Assembly: GCA_964583755.1 (NCBI GenBank)
Contig: CAZOVZ010000004.1
Location: 4,179 to 68,178, forward strand
Length of the DNA stretch: 64,000 bases
From: an uncultured Candidatus Cloacimonadota bacterium
Lineage (GTDB): Bacteria > Cloacimonadota > Cloacimonadia > Cloacimonadales > Cloacimonadaceae
Reading direction: 5' to 3'
Under the pieces are notes generated by a model that worked only from the letters and a program-made list of their open reading frames with translations, made no database searches and was not told where the DNA came from. Both the position numbers and the translations under genes were made by a program. Below are positions 53,341 through 63,164 of the stretch, one piece after another; within the stretch, counting starts at the first letter, position 1, and the number at the start of each line of letters is the position of its first letter.

Positions 53341-54636
53341 ATGTTCCAAATGATCTTTGCCATCACGGTTTTCGTGATCACCTACGTCATGATCATGACC
53401 GAGTGGATAAACAAGATGACCGCCGCCCTATTGGGCGGATTTCTGGTCGTGGTGGCGCAGGCCCTGACCCAGGAAAACGCCTTCAGCAAGTATGTGGACT
53501 GGAATGTGGTCTTTTTGCTGATTGGGATGATGATGGTGATGGGCGTGCTCAAGGAAACCGGCATCTTCCAATGGCTGGCGATCAAGACGGCCAAATTTGC
53601 CAAAGCCCAGCCGATGCGCATCCTGCTCTTGATGTTTGCCGTCACGGCTGTGGTCTCCGCCTTTCTGGACAACGTGACCACCGTGATGATCCTGGTCCCG
53701 ATCGCCCTGTTGATCGCCAATGAGCTCAAGATTTCGCCGCTCCCCTTCATCATCACCATGGCCATCGCCTCCAACATCGGCGGCACGGCGACCATGATCG
53801 GCGACCCGCCCAACGTGATGATCGGCAGCGCCACCAGCTATTCCTTCATGGATTTCATCTATCATCTGACGCCCGTGATCGTGGTGGTGACCATCACCAG
53901 CCTCGGCCTCACCTGGCTGTTTTACCGCAAGGGAATGGAGGTGAGCAACGAAAGCCGCGCCCGCCTGATGAATTTCCGGGAAGACAATCTGATCGCGGAC
54001 AAAACCCTGCTGCGCCGCTCGCTGATCGTGGTGGCGTTGATGCTGGCAGCCTTTCTCTTGCAGGACAAACTGCACCTCCAGATCGCCACCATCGCGATGA
54101 TCTCCGGCCTCACCCTGCTCATCTTCAGCAACCGCAAGCACGTGGAAAACTTTCTGGCCAACGACATCGATTGGGCGACGATCTTCTTTTTCGTGGGGCT
54201 GTTCATCATCGTCGGCAGCCTGGTGGAGACAGGTTTCATCGGCCAGGTTTCAAACCGGATCATGGCCGCCTCGGGCAACGACCTCAAAAAGACGTCCGTG
54301 ATCATCCTCTGGTTTTCCGGCATCCTTTCCGCCTTCATCGACAACGTGCCCTTCGTGGCCACGATGATCCCGCTGATCAAGAGCATCGCCACCCATTTCA
54401 CTCCCAGCCAGATGGACCCGGTCTGGTGGTCACTTTCGTTGGGGGCCTGTCTGGGCGGGAACGGAACGCTGATCGGGGCTTCCGCCAACATCGTCTCCGT
54501 CGGCATCGCCCACAAGAACGGCGTCAAAATCAAGTTTCTGGATTTCACCAAGATCGGGGCGGTGTACATGCTCAATTCGCTGTTGATGTCCACCCTCTAC
54601 ATCCTGGCCCGGTACTTTTGGCTGGCGGGAAATTAA
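53341..54636 (+). CDS. ArsB/NhaD-superfamily (YbiR/CitMHS-like) permease, paralog 1
   Basis: 431 aa with a GAGGT RBS. Characteristic segments: ITEWINKMTAALLGG..., FLDNVTTVMILVPI and ASNIGGTATMIGDPPNVMIG. Confidence 0.75.
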   Translation: MFQMIFAITVFVITYVMIMTEWINKMTAALLGGFLVVVAQALTQENAFSKYVDWNVVFLLIGMMMVMGVLKETGIFQWLAIKTAKFAKAQPMRILLLMFAVTAVVSAFLDNVTTVMILVPIALLIANELKISPLPFIITMAIASNIGGTATMIGDPPNVMIGSATSYSFMDFIYHLTPVIVVVTITSLGLTWLFYRKGMEVSNESRARLMNFREDNLIADKTLLRRSLIVVALMLAAFLLQDKLHLQIATIAMISGLTLLIFSNRKHVENFLANDIDWATIFFFVGLFIIVGSLVETGFIGQVSNRIMAASGNDLKKTSVIILWFSGILSAFIDNVPFVATMIPLIKSIATHFTPSQMDPVWWSLSLGACLGGNGTLIGASANIVSVGIAHKNGVKIKFLDFTKIGAVYMLNSLLMSTLYILARYFWLAGN

Positions 54637-54699
54637 AATGGTTGACCGATTTAACCTTTGGCGCATTATTGCTTTTATCGCTTTTGAAGGAGATGACCG

Positions 54700-55599
54700 A
54701 TGCATTTAACAAACTTCCTGGATGCCCGCAACATCTGCATTGAGCGGCGTGTCCTGACCAAGGAACAGGTTTATGCCCAGATGGTGGAAAACATCTGCCA
54801 CCACCGCAAGTTGCCGGTCTGCGGCAAAGAACTGCTTGAACTGATCCTCAAACGCGACCGGGAAGCCACTACCGCCTATCCCACCGGCATCGCCATCCCC
54901 CACATCCGCATGGATGGATTCGACGACACAGTGATGGCCATGACCTTCCTGCAAAATCCGCTGGATTACGAGGGCACCAAGGTCTCCTGGGTGGTGTTGA
55001 TCATCACGGATAAAAGCAGTTCCAAGCTCTATCTGAACATGGTTGCGGCTCTGCTGGGGGTATCCAGGGACCAGGCTTTGAGCGCCTCACTGACCTCATT
55101 GCAGGACAGCCATGCTGTGATCCACCGGCTCAAACAACTGGACATCGAGGTCAAAAAAGACCTGACCATCGCGGACATCATGGTCCAAAACCCTGTCAGC
55201 GTGGGGCCGGACACCCTCCTGCGCGGCCTCAGCGATATCATGAGCGAACGCGACATCTCCTCCGTGCCGGTCACCGACGCCGACGGAAAATACCTCGGCG
55301 AAGTCAACATCATCAACTTCCTCAAAGTGGGCGTGCCCAACTATCTGATGATGATCGACAACCTGAATTTCCTGCTTTCCTTCGAACCGCTGGAACATTT
55401 GTTTGAAAAGCTGGACGAGGTGAGCGTGAAGGAGATCATGATCCGCGACGAAAAGACCCTCGGCCCCCATGCCTCCATCATCGAAGCCGTCAGCGAAATG
55501 ATCAAGCACAACAAGCGTTCCCTGGCGGTGCTGGACAATGGCCGGCTGGTCGGCGTCGTCACGGCCATGGACATCTTCCGGAAAGTGATCCAGGCCTGA
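54700..55599 (+). CDS. PTS EIIA(Ntr/fructose-type)-like domain fused to a CBS pair
   Basis: AAGGAG RBS. The N-terminal EIIA_2 pattern has the conserved His (AYPTGIAIPHIRM). The C-terminus has two CBS motifs: IMVQNPVSVGPDTLL...ISSVPVTDADGKYLGEVNI and IMIRDEKTLGPHASI...RSLAVLDNGRLVGVVT. Confidence 0.75.
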   Translation: MHLTNFLDARNICIERRVLTKEQVYAQMVENICHHRKLPVCGKELLELILKRDREATTAYPTGIAIPHIRMDGFDDTVMAMTFLQNPLDYEGTKVSWVVLIITDKSSSKLYLNMVAALLGVSRDQALSASLTSLQDSHAVIHRLKQLDIEVKKDLTIADIMVQNPVSVGPDTLLRGLSDIMSERDISSVPVTDADGKYLGEVNIINFLKVGVPNYLMMIDNLNFLLSFEPLEHLFEKLDEVSVKEIMIRDEKTLGPHASIIEAVSEMIKHNKRSLAVLDNGRLVGVVTAMDIFRKVIQA

Positions 55600-55600
55600 C

Positions 55601-56881
55601 ATGCATCTGATGCTCGCCGCTCTGGTGATTTTCATAGTCACCTATATCCTGATCATCACAGAGTGGATAAACAAGATGCTCGCCGCCCTGATCGGCGGCT
55701 TTTTGCTGATCCTGACGGGCATTCTGAAGCAAGAGATCGCCTTCGCGGCGATCGACTGGAACGTGATCTTTTTCCTGATCGGGATGATGCTGGTGATCTC
55801 CGTACTGCGGGACACCGGCGTCTTCATGTGGCTGGCGATCAAATCCGCCAAACTGGCCCGCGGCCGGCCGTTGCCGATCATGCTGCTGATGTTTCTGATC
55901 ACCGCTTTCCTCTCCGCCCTGCTGGGCAGCGTGACCACCATCATGATCCTGGTGCCGATCATCCTGCTGATCTGCCACGAGCTCAAGATCACGCCCATCC
56001 CCTTCATCATCACGATGGTGGTGGCCTCAAACATGGGCGGGGCGGCCACGATGATCGGCGACCCGCCCAACATCATCATCGGCAGCGCCACGGAATTCAC
56101 CTTTCTGGATTTCATCACAAACCTCACCCCGCCGGTGCTGCTGATCACCGGCGCCAGCCTACTGTTGATCGTGGCCATGTACCGCAAACAGCTGAAGGTC
56201 AGCGACCGCGATCGCGCCATGCTCATGAACTATCAGGAAGCCAACCTGATCCGGCGTCCGCGCATCCTGGCCATCGCGCTGGCAGTGACAGCCCTGATGC
56301 TCACCGGCCTGGCCCTGGAAAGCGTTCTCCAAATCGGCACCGCCACCGTCGCCATGTCTGCCGGGCTCTTTCTGCTGGCGGTGAGCGGACGCAAGCGGGT
56401 CGAACAGATCCTGGTCAACGACGTGGATTGGGTGACCCTGTTCTTTTTCATCGGCCTGTTCATCATCGTGGAAAGCCTGGTCGAGACGGGATTCATCAGC
56501 CTGATGGCGGATAAGGTGATGTCCATCACCCAAAATCAGGCAAAACCGACCTCCATGGCCATCCTCTGGTTGTCCGGAGTGCTGTCCGCCTTTATCGACA
56601 ACGTGCCTTTCGTGACCACCATGATCCCCGTGATCGAAAACATCGGCCAGACCATCACCCAGGCCCATGAACTCGACCCCATCTGGTGGGCGATGGCGCT
56701 GGGAACCTGCCTGGGCGGCAACGGCACCCTGATCGGCGCTTCCTCAAACATCGTCGCCGCCGGCATCGCCAAGCAAAACGGTTTCCGGATCTCGTTCTGG
56801 GAATTCACCAAGGTCAGCGCCCTATACACCCTGCTTTCGCTGCTGATCAGCGCCGCCTACATCCTGCTGCGCTATTTCTAA
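55601..56881 (+). CDS. ArsB/NhaD-superfamily (YbiR/CitMHS-like) permease, paralog 2
   Basis: 426 aa. It starts 1 nt after the EIIA-CBS stop and is alignable end to end with 53341..54636 (ITEWINKMLAALIGG..., ASNMGGAATMIGDPPNIIIG). Confidence 0.75.
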   Translation: MHLMLAALVIFIVTYILIITEWINKMLAALIGGFLLILTGILKQEIAFAAIDWNVIFFLIGMMLVISVLRDTGVFMWLAIKSAKLARGRPLPIMLLMFLITAFLSALLGSVTTIMILVPIILLICHELKITPIPFIITMVVASNMGGAATMIGDPPNIIIGSATEFTFLDFITNLTPPVLLITGASLLLIVAMYRKQLKVSDRDRAMLMNYQEANLIRRPRILAIALAVTALMLTGLALESVLQIGTATVAMSAGLFLLAVSGRKRVEQILVNDVDWVTLFFFIGLFIIVESLVETGFISLMADKVMSITQNQAKPTSMAILWLSGVLSAFIDNVPFVTTMIPVIENIGQTITQAHELDPIWWAMALGTCLGGNGTLIGASSNIVAAGIAKQNGFRISFWEFTKVSALYTLLSLLISAAYILLRYF

Positions 56882-56890
56882 GGCTGCTTT

Positions 56891-57095
56891 AACACAGAGG
56901 CACTGAGAGAAGAGGATTAAGGGCAGCATGAAAGCTGAGGTTTGAACAGGCAGAACTGTTTGAGAAATCAGAGTTTGATTTTTTCACCACAAAGAAACAG
57001 AGTTTACAGAGTAGAGTGAGCAGAGGTTAATGTATCTCCATCTCTTTCCCACTCACCATTTCTCTTTTCTCTGTCCCTCCGTCCCTCTGTTTTAA
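56891..57095 (+). mobile_element. MITE-like repeat, left copy (inverted relative to 58643..58828)
   Basis: Its reverse complement aligns by hand with 58643..58828 along the whole length, with one 13-bp indel and scattered substitutions. The unit's own ends are mutually complementary (ACAGAGG..C.GAG..AGAG / CTCTTTTCTCTGTCCCTCCGTCCCTCTGT). Confidence 0.7.
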
Positions 57096-57226
57096 TATAA
57101 TCTTTCAAAGCCTCTCCCCGCCTCTGTTTTCGGGGACTGGGCTTCCTCAGATATATCACCGACCACCAGCCAAAAACGGCTGTTGCTCCACTACTGGCAA
57201 GGTTTTTCTCTTGGCTTGGCAGCTGG

Positions 57227-57913
57227 TTAGAACAGCTCCTCCGCGGTGTCCAGCGGCCGCAGGCATTCCTCGGAGTTATTGCCCACCTTGTTTACGAATT
57301 TGGACACCGGGTATAGCGCCAGATCCCCGTCTGGGCAGGGTTTTAGCAGGGGTACGAAATCCAGCGCGTCCAGCCTGGTGTGTTCCAGCCAGTCCAGGCG
57401 CTCCTCCCCGCTCAGGATCACCGGCATCCGCTGGTGGATGGGCTTCATGACGCCGTTGGCCTCGGTGGTGATGATGCCCAGGGAGGGCACATAGCTGCCG
57501 TCCGGCGCTGACCAGGCGTCGTAGATGCCCGCCAGCCAGAGCAGATCGCCAGCGGCGGCGTGGATGAAAAAGGGTTGCTTGTCGCTCTGGCGCCATTCAT
57601 AGAACCCGGTGGCCGGGATCAGGCAGCGGCGGCGCTGCAATCCGCCACGGAAGGTCGGTTTCTCCGTGATGGTCTCAGAGCGCACGTTGATCATGGCGTA
57701 AGCGGGGATGCCCTGGCTCCAGGAGGGGATCAACCCCCAGCGGAAAGCCCCGACATACCTGCCGGCAGCCTGGCTCACGACTGCCCTCACCGTCTGGGTG
57801 GGCGCCACGTTGAAATTCACTTCGATCTGGTCCGCGGCGTTGGTGAGCCGCAATTCGCTGGCCAGTTTCTGCAACTGGTCGTATTTGATCACCTGGGCAA
57901 ATCTTCCGCACAT
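57227..57913 (-). CDS. SOS-response-associated peptidase (SRAP/YedK-like abasic-site sensor)
   Basis: ORF trimmed to the ATG at 57913, with AAGGAG 6 nt upstream. This gives the invariant N-terminus MCGRF. Also WGLIPSW and GFYEW motifs. Confidence 0.85.
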   Translation of the reverse strand: MCGRFAQVIKYDQLQKLASELRLTNAADQIEVNFNVAPTQTVRAVVSQAAGRYVGAFRWGLIPSWSQGIPAYAMINVRSETITEKPTFRGGLQRRRCLIPATGFYEWRQSDKQPFFIHAAAGDLLWLAGIYDAWSAPDGSYVPSLGIITTEANGVMKPIHQRMPVILSGEERLDWLEHTRLDALDFVPLLKPCPDGDLALYPVSKFVNKVGNNSEECLRPLDTAEELF

Positions 57914-57990
57914 GGTAAACTCCTTGGGGTTGACAATATCCGCGCCCCGCAAAAACCTGCAATACATTTTTAGACCCGCGGGAAGGAAAC

Positions 57991-58698
57991 ATGGCAGCAT
58001 TTGACATCGATAGAGTCATGATCGAGCTCGGAAAGCACTTTAACGCTGTGAAGACGCCGATCGTGGATTTCATCCAGACCACGACCAAAGACCCCTTCAA
58101 AGTGCTGGTGGCAACCATCCTCAGCGCCCGGACCAAGGACGAAACCACGTCCAGGGCGGTCACGAAGCTGTTCAAGGTCGTCAATGAACCAAATGACCTG
58201 AACAAACTCAGCGACCAGGAACTGGACGCGATCATCCGCCAGGTGGGCTTTCACAACGCCAAGACCAAGCACCTCAAGCAATTGCCCCAGGCGCTGAACG
58301 AGCTCTACGGCGGCCAGGTGCCGGCGGAAATCGACGACCTGCTCAGGCTTCCCGGCGTGGGGCGCAAGACCGCCAACCTGGTGCGGGCGGTAGCCTTTTC
58401 CCTGCCGGCGATCTGCGTCGACGTCCATGTCCACCGCATCTGCAACCGCTGGGGCTATATCCAGACTCGCAATCCCTTCGAAAGCGAGATGGCCCTGCGG
58501 GCTAAACTGCCGGAAAAGCACTGGCTGAACATCAATTCCTACGTGGTGGCCTTTGGCCAAAACCTCTGCTATCCGCGTAAACCCCGCTGCGCTGACTGCC
58601 CGATCAGCCAATGGTGCCAGCGAGTGGGGGTGTTAAAAGATTTTAAAACAGAGGGACGGAGGGACAGAGAAAAGAGAAATGGTGAGGATATACATTAA
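57991..58698 (+). CDS. endonuclease III (HhH-GPD DNA glycosylase/AP lyase)
   Basis: Motifs: FKVLVATILSARTKD; HhH LLRLPGVGRKTANLV; catalytic VDVHVHRI; 4Fe-4S motif CYPRKPRCADCPISQWC. The last ~18 codons (..KTEGRRDREKRNGEDIH) lie inside the right MITE-like repeat. Confidence 0.85.
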   Translation: MAAFDIDRVMIELGKHFNAVKTPIVDFIQTTTKDPFKVLVATILSARTKDETTSRAVTKLFKVVNEPNDLNKLSDQELDAIIRQVGFHNAKTKHLKQLPQALNELYGGQVPAEIDDLLRLPGVGRKTANLVRAVAFSLPAICVDVHVHRICNRWGYIQTRNPFESEMALRAKLPEKHWLNINSYVVAFGQNLCYPRKPRCADCPISQWCQRVGVLKDFKTEGRRDREKRNGEDIH

Positions 58699-58828
58699 CC
58701 TCTGCTCTCTACTCCGTTAACTCTGTTTCTCTGTGGTGAAATAATCAAACTCTGATTTCTCAACAAGATCTGCCTTTACTCAGTTTAACTCTATGTAAAA
58801 TCCCCTCTTTTCTCCGTGTCTCTGTGTA
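58643..58828 (-). mobile_element. MITE-like repeat, right copy
   Basis: TTAAAACAGAGGGACGGAGGGACAGAGAAAAGAG ... CTCTTTTCTCCGTGTCTCTGTGT. Inverted copy of 56891..57095. It overlaps the 3' end of nth. Confidence 0.7.
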
Positions 58829-58837
58829 AAAAACAAC

Positions 58838-59452
58838 TCAGTCCGAATCGAGGCTGTTCCAGGCCGCCTGGATGTCTTCGAGGTCGAAACCCTTCCGGTA
58901 TAAAAAGGTGAAGGCTTTTTCCCTCAGTTTTGGACGGGGCAGGTCGCGATGGGTCGCGCAGTATTTAGCGAGTAACTCCGCCAGGTTGTCTTTGGCCTCG
59001 GCGGGGCTGTAGAGCTCTGCCAGCAAGGGTTCCCAGACCGAAGTGGGAATGCGTTGGGCGCGCAGTTTGGCCACGATCTCCCTCTTGCTGGCCCTGCGGC
59101 AGCTGTAGGAGCGGATCAGCATGGCGGCGAAGCGGGCGTCGTCCAGATAGTTGTTTTCCCGAAAATCGTCCAGGATGGCGTCGATGGTGGCTTGGTCAAA
59201 GAGCTTCTTTTTCAGGAAATTGCGGGCCTGAAAGCTGCTCCGCTCCGCCTGGGCAACCCAATCCAGCAACAGGTTCCAGGCCCGCTGCCGCAGGATCGCC
59301 AGCAGTTCGCCCACCTCGTCCGGGCTGGCTTCGCCGGCAAAACCAACCGGCCAGGCCGCCGGAAGCATCCTCTGGGGGAGACTGCCCCGGCTAACGCTGT
59401 CCAGTTCTATGGTTACGGTATGTTTAGTCTTCTGTGCTATCCTCAGAATCAT
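58838..59452 (-). CDS. recX: recombination regulator RecX
   Basis: 204 aa located immediately downstream of recA, overlapping it by 29 nt. Three-repeat helical pattern (...[16 protein letters not shown]..., ...KGFDLEDI...). Confidence 0.75.
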   Translation of the reverse strand: MILRIAQKTKHTVTIELDSVSRGSLPQRMLPAAWPVGFAGEASPDEVGELLAILRQRAWNLLLDWVAQAERSSFQARNFLKKKLFDQATIDAILDDFRENNYLDDARFAAMLIRSYSCRRASKREIVAKLRAQRIPTSVWEPLLAELYSPAEAKDNLAELLAKYCATHRDLPRPKLREKAFTFLYRKGFDLEDIQAAWNSLDSD

Positions 59453-60479
59453 CGCCGCGCGCGGGGTCCAATAGCAGATCGGGGGTCATCTTTTCCTTTA
59501 CCTGGGCTTCGATCTTGGCCAGCAGTTGGGGGGTATCTTTCAGGTACTGCTTGGTTTTTTCGGCTCCCTGGCCCAGTTTGTTGTCTTCGTAGGAAAACCA
59601 GGAACCGCTCTTTTTGACGATGTTCATATCCACCGCCATATCCAGGACGATGTCCAGATGCGAGATCCCTTCGCCGAAGATGATCGGAAACACCACGGTG
59701 CGGAAAGGCGGAGCCAGCTTGTTTTTGACGATCTTGACCCGGGTCTTGGCTCCGATCACGTCGGTATCGGTGCCGCCGGGGCGGATCGCGCCGGCAAAGC
59801 GGACTTCCATGCGGATCGTGGAGTAAAACTTCAGCGCCACGCCGCCGGTGGTGGTTTCCGGGTTCATGTAGGCGGTCACGCCGATCTTCATGCGGGTCTG
59901 GTTGATGAAGACCACGGCGGTGTTGGATTTGGAGACGATCGCCGTCAGCTTGCGCAAAGCCTGGCTCATCAGCCTGGCCTGGAGGCCGACGTGGCTGTCG
60001 CCCATGTCGCCTTCGATCTCAGCCTTGGGGACCAGCGCGGCCACCGAGTCCACTATCACCAGGTCCACGGCGGAGCTGCGCACCAAAGTCTCGCAGACTT
60101 CCAGGGCCTGTTCGCCGCCGTCTGGCTGGGAGAGCAGCAGATCCTCGGTCTGGACGCCCAGATGCTTGGCATAGGCGGTATCCAGAGCGTGTTCGGCGTC
60201 GATGAACGCCACCAGCCCTTTCAGCTTCTGGGTTTCAGCGGCGATGTGCAAGGCCAGGGTGGTCTTGCCGCTGGCTTCCGGGCCATAGATCTCCGTGATG
60301 CGGCCGCGGGGGATGCCCCCGATGCCCAACGCCAGGTCCAGATTGAACGCGCCGGTGGGGATCACGTCCACCACTTGTTGGGGCTTGTCGCCCAGGCGCA
60401 TCAGGGTGCCCACTCCGTACTTCTTTTCCAGTTGGGAGATAGCGGTTTTGAGGGCGGTCTCTTTGTTTTTGTCCTGCAT
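59424..60479 (-). CDS. recA: recombinase RecA
   Basis: [31 protein letters not shown].... Walker [29 protein letters not shown]2-region [12 protein letters not shown]. Confidence 0.97.
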   Translation of the reverse strand: MQDKNKETALKTAISQLEKKYGVGTLMRLGDKPQQVVDVIPTGAFNLDLALGIGGIPRGRITEIYGPEASGKTTLALHIAAETQKLKGLVAFIDAEHALDTAYAKHLGVQTEDLLLSQPDGGEQALEVCETLVRSSAVDLVIVDSVAALVPKAEIEGDMGDSHVGLQARLMSQALRKLTAIVSKSNTAVVFINQTRMKIGVTAYMNPETTTGGVALKFYSTIRMEVRFAGAIRPGGTDTDVIGAKTRVKIVKNKLAPPFRTVVFPIIFGEGISHLDIVLDMAVDMNIVKKSGSWFSYEDNKLGQGAEKTKQYLKDTPQLLAKIEAQVKEKMTPDLLLDPARGDDSEDSTED

Positions 60480-60489
60480 GGTTCCTTCC

Positions 60490-61041
60490 TTATTGCAGAT
60501 TATACTGATTCAAAACTGTGTAGCTGGGGCCTTCGGGCTTCAGCACGCTGCGGTAGAGCGTCACCTGCCCAAAGGCGTGAAATTCCCGGTTGACCTCGCT
60601 TTGCAGGATCTCCCGCTCCAGCGTGGCCGGGATCTGGGCTTTGATCCGCCCCAGGGTGATGTGGAGCTTCAGCGGTTTGGGATCCGGTTCGATTCCGGAC
60701 TGGCGGACCGCTCCCAACAGGCTTTTATGCAGATCGAACACCGCTCTGTCCTGGCTTTCCAGGCTGGCCCAGACCAGTCGCGGCTGCCGGGCGGGAAACA
60801 GCTCCAGGCCCCTCATCCGCAGGGGCCAGGCGGCCAAACCCCTCAGCTCTTTGGCCAGAACCTGTTCCAGTTCCGGGATCCGGGCGGAATCCACATCGCC
60901 CAGAAAGAGCAGGGTCAGATGCAGGTTGGCCTCCTTGACCCAGTTCACCCCCGGTTGGCGGCGAAAGGCAAAGAGCCTCGCCTCCAGGTCCCGGCGCACC
61001 TCGTCCGGCGCTTCCAGAGCGATGAAACAGCGGTAGTTCAT
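60490..61041 (-). CDS. thpR: RNA 2',3'-cyclic phosphodiesterase / 2'-5' RNA ligase family (ThpR/LigT)
   Basis: 183 aa with two HxT/S motifs ([10 protein letters not shown] and KLHITLGR). Confidence 0.8.
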   Translation of the reverse strand: MNYRCFIALEAPDEVRRDLEARLFAFRRQPGVNWVKEANLHLTLLFLGDVDSARIPELEQVLAKELRGLAAWPLRMRGLELFPARQPRLVWASLESQDRAVFDLHKSLLGAVRQSGIEPDPKPLKLHITLGRIKAQIPATLEREILQSEVNREFHAFGQVTLYRSVLKPEGPSYTVLNQYNLQ

Positions 61042-61524
61042 TCAGCGCTTGTAGCCGATGTCCCGCAGGAATTTTTTGCGGTGGGTGATGTCGGTATCCA
61101 GCTCGATCCCTTTGGGTGAATTGCCGTCGATCACGCCCAGAATGCCCTTGCCCTGCTCCGTGGAAGCCAGGATCACCTGCACCGGGTTGGCCGTGGCGCA
61201 AAACAGGTTCACCACCTCGTTGCAGTGCTTGATTGCCGTGAGCACGTTGACCGGAAAGGCCCCGCGCATCACGATCAGAAAGCTGTGCCCCGCTCCCAGG
61301 CGGTACATGTTTTCCACCGCGCATTCGATCAGGTCGTTGTCCGTGCCGTCCTTGCGCACCAGACACGGCCCCGAGGCTTCGCAAAAAGCCAGGCCGAACT
61401 TCACCCCCGGAACGCCGTTGACCATGATTTCATAGAGGTCTTCGACCGTCTTGATAAAGTGGCTTTGGCCCAGGATGACATTGGCATCGGAGGGGAATTG
61501 GAGCGGCTCAAGCTTGAGTTCCAT
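61042..61524 (-). CDS. adenosine-specific kinase family (PF04008-like) protein
   Basis: 160 aa. [12 protein letters not shown]...[14 protein letters not shown]...[23 protein letters not shown]...[13 protein letters not shown] matches my memory of this family. Confidence 0.6.
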   Translation of the reverse strand: MELKLEPLQFPSDANVILGQSHFIKTVEDLYEIMVNGVPGVKFGLAFCEASGPCLVRKDGTDNDLIECAVENMYRLGAGHSFLIVMRGAFPVNVLTAIKHCNEVVNLFCATANPVQVILASTEQGKGILGVIDGNSPKGIELDTDITHRKKFLRDIGYKR

Positions 61525-61724
61525 GCTGCAAACCTCGCATCAGATTATGTTGGCAAGCAAAAAAGACAATGCCTGCCTGTCAAGGAAAATCAGCCTTTTC
61601 CCCCGCCTGGGGTTGTTAGCCACTTCCAAAGAATGATTTGGGTAGATCGCTGAACCTGGGATTGCCGCAGAACTGATGTAGGCGATGGGACCGGTTGGGG
61701 TTAAAATCGCAGTCTGCCAGCTAG

Positions 61725-61749
61725 CAAAAAACCCGGCGCGAGGCCGGGT
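61725..61749 (-). terminator. rho-independent terminator after rpmA
   Basis: On the minus strand: CCCGGCC tcgc GCCGGG followed by TTTTTTG. Confidence 0.75.
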
Positions 61750-61775
61750 TTATAGATTTACGCTCGGGAGCGGGG

Positions 61776-62042
61776 TTATTCGCTCTTGGCCGCCGGGATC
61801 ACCGACACGTATTTGCGGTCGTCCTTGCGGGTTTCGAACTTGACGGTGCCGTCCACCAGGCTGAAGAGGGTGTAGTCCCTGCCCATGCCGACGTTGGCGC
61901 CGGGGTGGAATTTGGTGCCTTTCTGGCGGACGATGATGTTTCCGGCCACGACGATCTCGCTGCCGTATTTCTTCACGCCGCGATATTTGGGATTGCTTGT
62001 GCGGCCGTTGCGGCTGCTTCCAACACCTTTTTTATGTGCCAT
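61776..62042 (-). CDS. rpmA: 50S ribosomal protein L27
   Basis: [60 protein letters not shown]... Confidence 0.97.
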   Translation of the reverse strand: MAHKKGVGSSRNGRTSNPKYRGVKKYGSEIVVAGNIIVRQKGTKFHPGANVGMGRDYTLFSLVDGTVKFETRKDDRKYVSVIPAAKSE

Positions 62043-62056
62043 TCTTCACCTCGTCC

Positions 62057-62371
62057 TTAAGACCGGATTCCGGTAACTTTTATGCTGGTGTATTGCTCAC
62101 GGTAACCTTTTTTCACGCGGTAACCTTTCCGCTTGTGGGTGTGAAAAATCACCTTCTTCTTGCCTTTACCGTGCTCGATCACTTCGGCAAGTACTGCTGC
62201 GCCTTCTACGACAGGCTGGCCAACCTTGATCCCCGCTTCGTCGCGAAGCATGAGGACCCGGTCAAATTCCAATGACTGGCCAGGTTCCGCCGTATTCAGC
62301 AGGGGAACGCGAAGGATCGCGTTGGCTTCGGCCCTGAACTGAAATCCTTTGATATCCACGATGGCGTACAT
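62057..62371 (-). CDS. rplU: 50S ribosomal protein L21
   Basis: [23 protein letters not shown]...[32 protein letters not shown]. Immediately upstream of rpmA. Confidence 0.95.
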   Translation of the reverse strand: MYAIVDIKGFQFRAEANAILRVPLLNTAEPGQSLEFDRVLMLRDEAGIKVGQPVVEGAAVLAEVIEHGKGKKKVIFHTHKRKGYRVKKGYREQYTSIKVTGIRS

Positions 62372-62563
62372 CTTGTCTCCTTAGATTTTTGGATAGATGA
62401 GCATGATTTTTACGGGGCAGATATCCGTCAAGCAAAATGTAGCTTGGGTGTCCAACCCAGAGACACGGTGGCAGGGAGAAAGTGAAAGAACAGAATGGAA
62501 CGTAAGGTTGTCCACTAATTCCGCGAAGTACCACGAAGGGCAATAGTAGTGCGGCGTAAAGCC

Positions 62564-62971
62564 ATGGCCGCATCACAAGGCTGGGAGGATGTGATTCTGC
62601 AGCCCTGATTCGCTGGTTCCAATCGCTTCAGCACCAATGTAGATAAGCAGATACGCCCTAACTGGTACTTTGATCCTAAGGCAGCCCTGGCACTTCTCAA
62701 TCTGATCGAAAGTCGCAGCTTCACCTCAATCAGAAGCATCGCAGAAGCCTTCGGGAGAAGCCGTCAGTGGGTCTTCGTCTATCTGGAAGCACTGGCTTCG
62801 GCAGGTGTGATAGGCGTTAACCAATATGGCTACTGCGTATTAACCAAGAAGGACGTCGGCAAGGTGGGCATCAAAATCAAGCATGGCATACTCAAAGGAC
62901 AAATCTCCCATTGTGCTGAATTGCGTAAGCAGCAGAGACTGCAAGATAAGTTGGACGCCTGGCATATATAA
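62564..62971 (+). pseudogene. winged-helix DNA-binding protein gene interrupted by an in-frame TGA (pseudogene or recoded)
   Basis: My translation: ATG at 62564 gives MAASQGWEDVILQP. The TGA at 62606-62608 is followed in frame by FAGSNRFSTNVDKQIRPNWYFDPKAALALLNLIESRSFTSIRSIAEAFGRSRQWVFVYLEALASAGVIGVNQYGYCVLTKK...DAWHI, ending at TAA (62969-62971). The 120-codon part has no ATG/GTG/TTG near its 5' end, so the ORF track missed it. Confidence 0.45.
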
Positions 62972-63164
62972 GTTGAAGACCCAGAGCCGCTTGAAAAGGA
63001 GATGGAAGCCTTTGACATTCAAAACCAAAAATCAATGTTGTGCTTAGTTCCTATCAGCAGTTAGCCACCAATACACGATGCTCATGATTGATTACCTGAA
63101 ATTAGAGTTGACAGAATTCTATAGTTCTGTTCTAATGTAATAGTGGGTTGTTGATGATTCTGAA

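Noticed and set aside
62606-62608. Selenocysteine at the in-frame TGA of the winged-helix gene.
   Set aside because: There is no SECIS-like hairpin immediately downstream that I can see. DNA-binding wHTH proteins are not selenoproteins, and the context (..ILQP-TGA-FAGS..) is not a redox motif.
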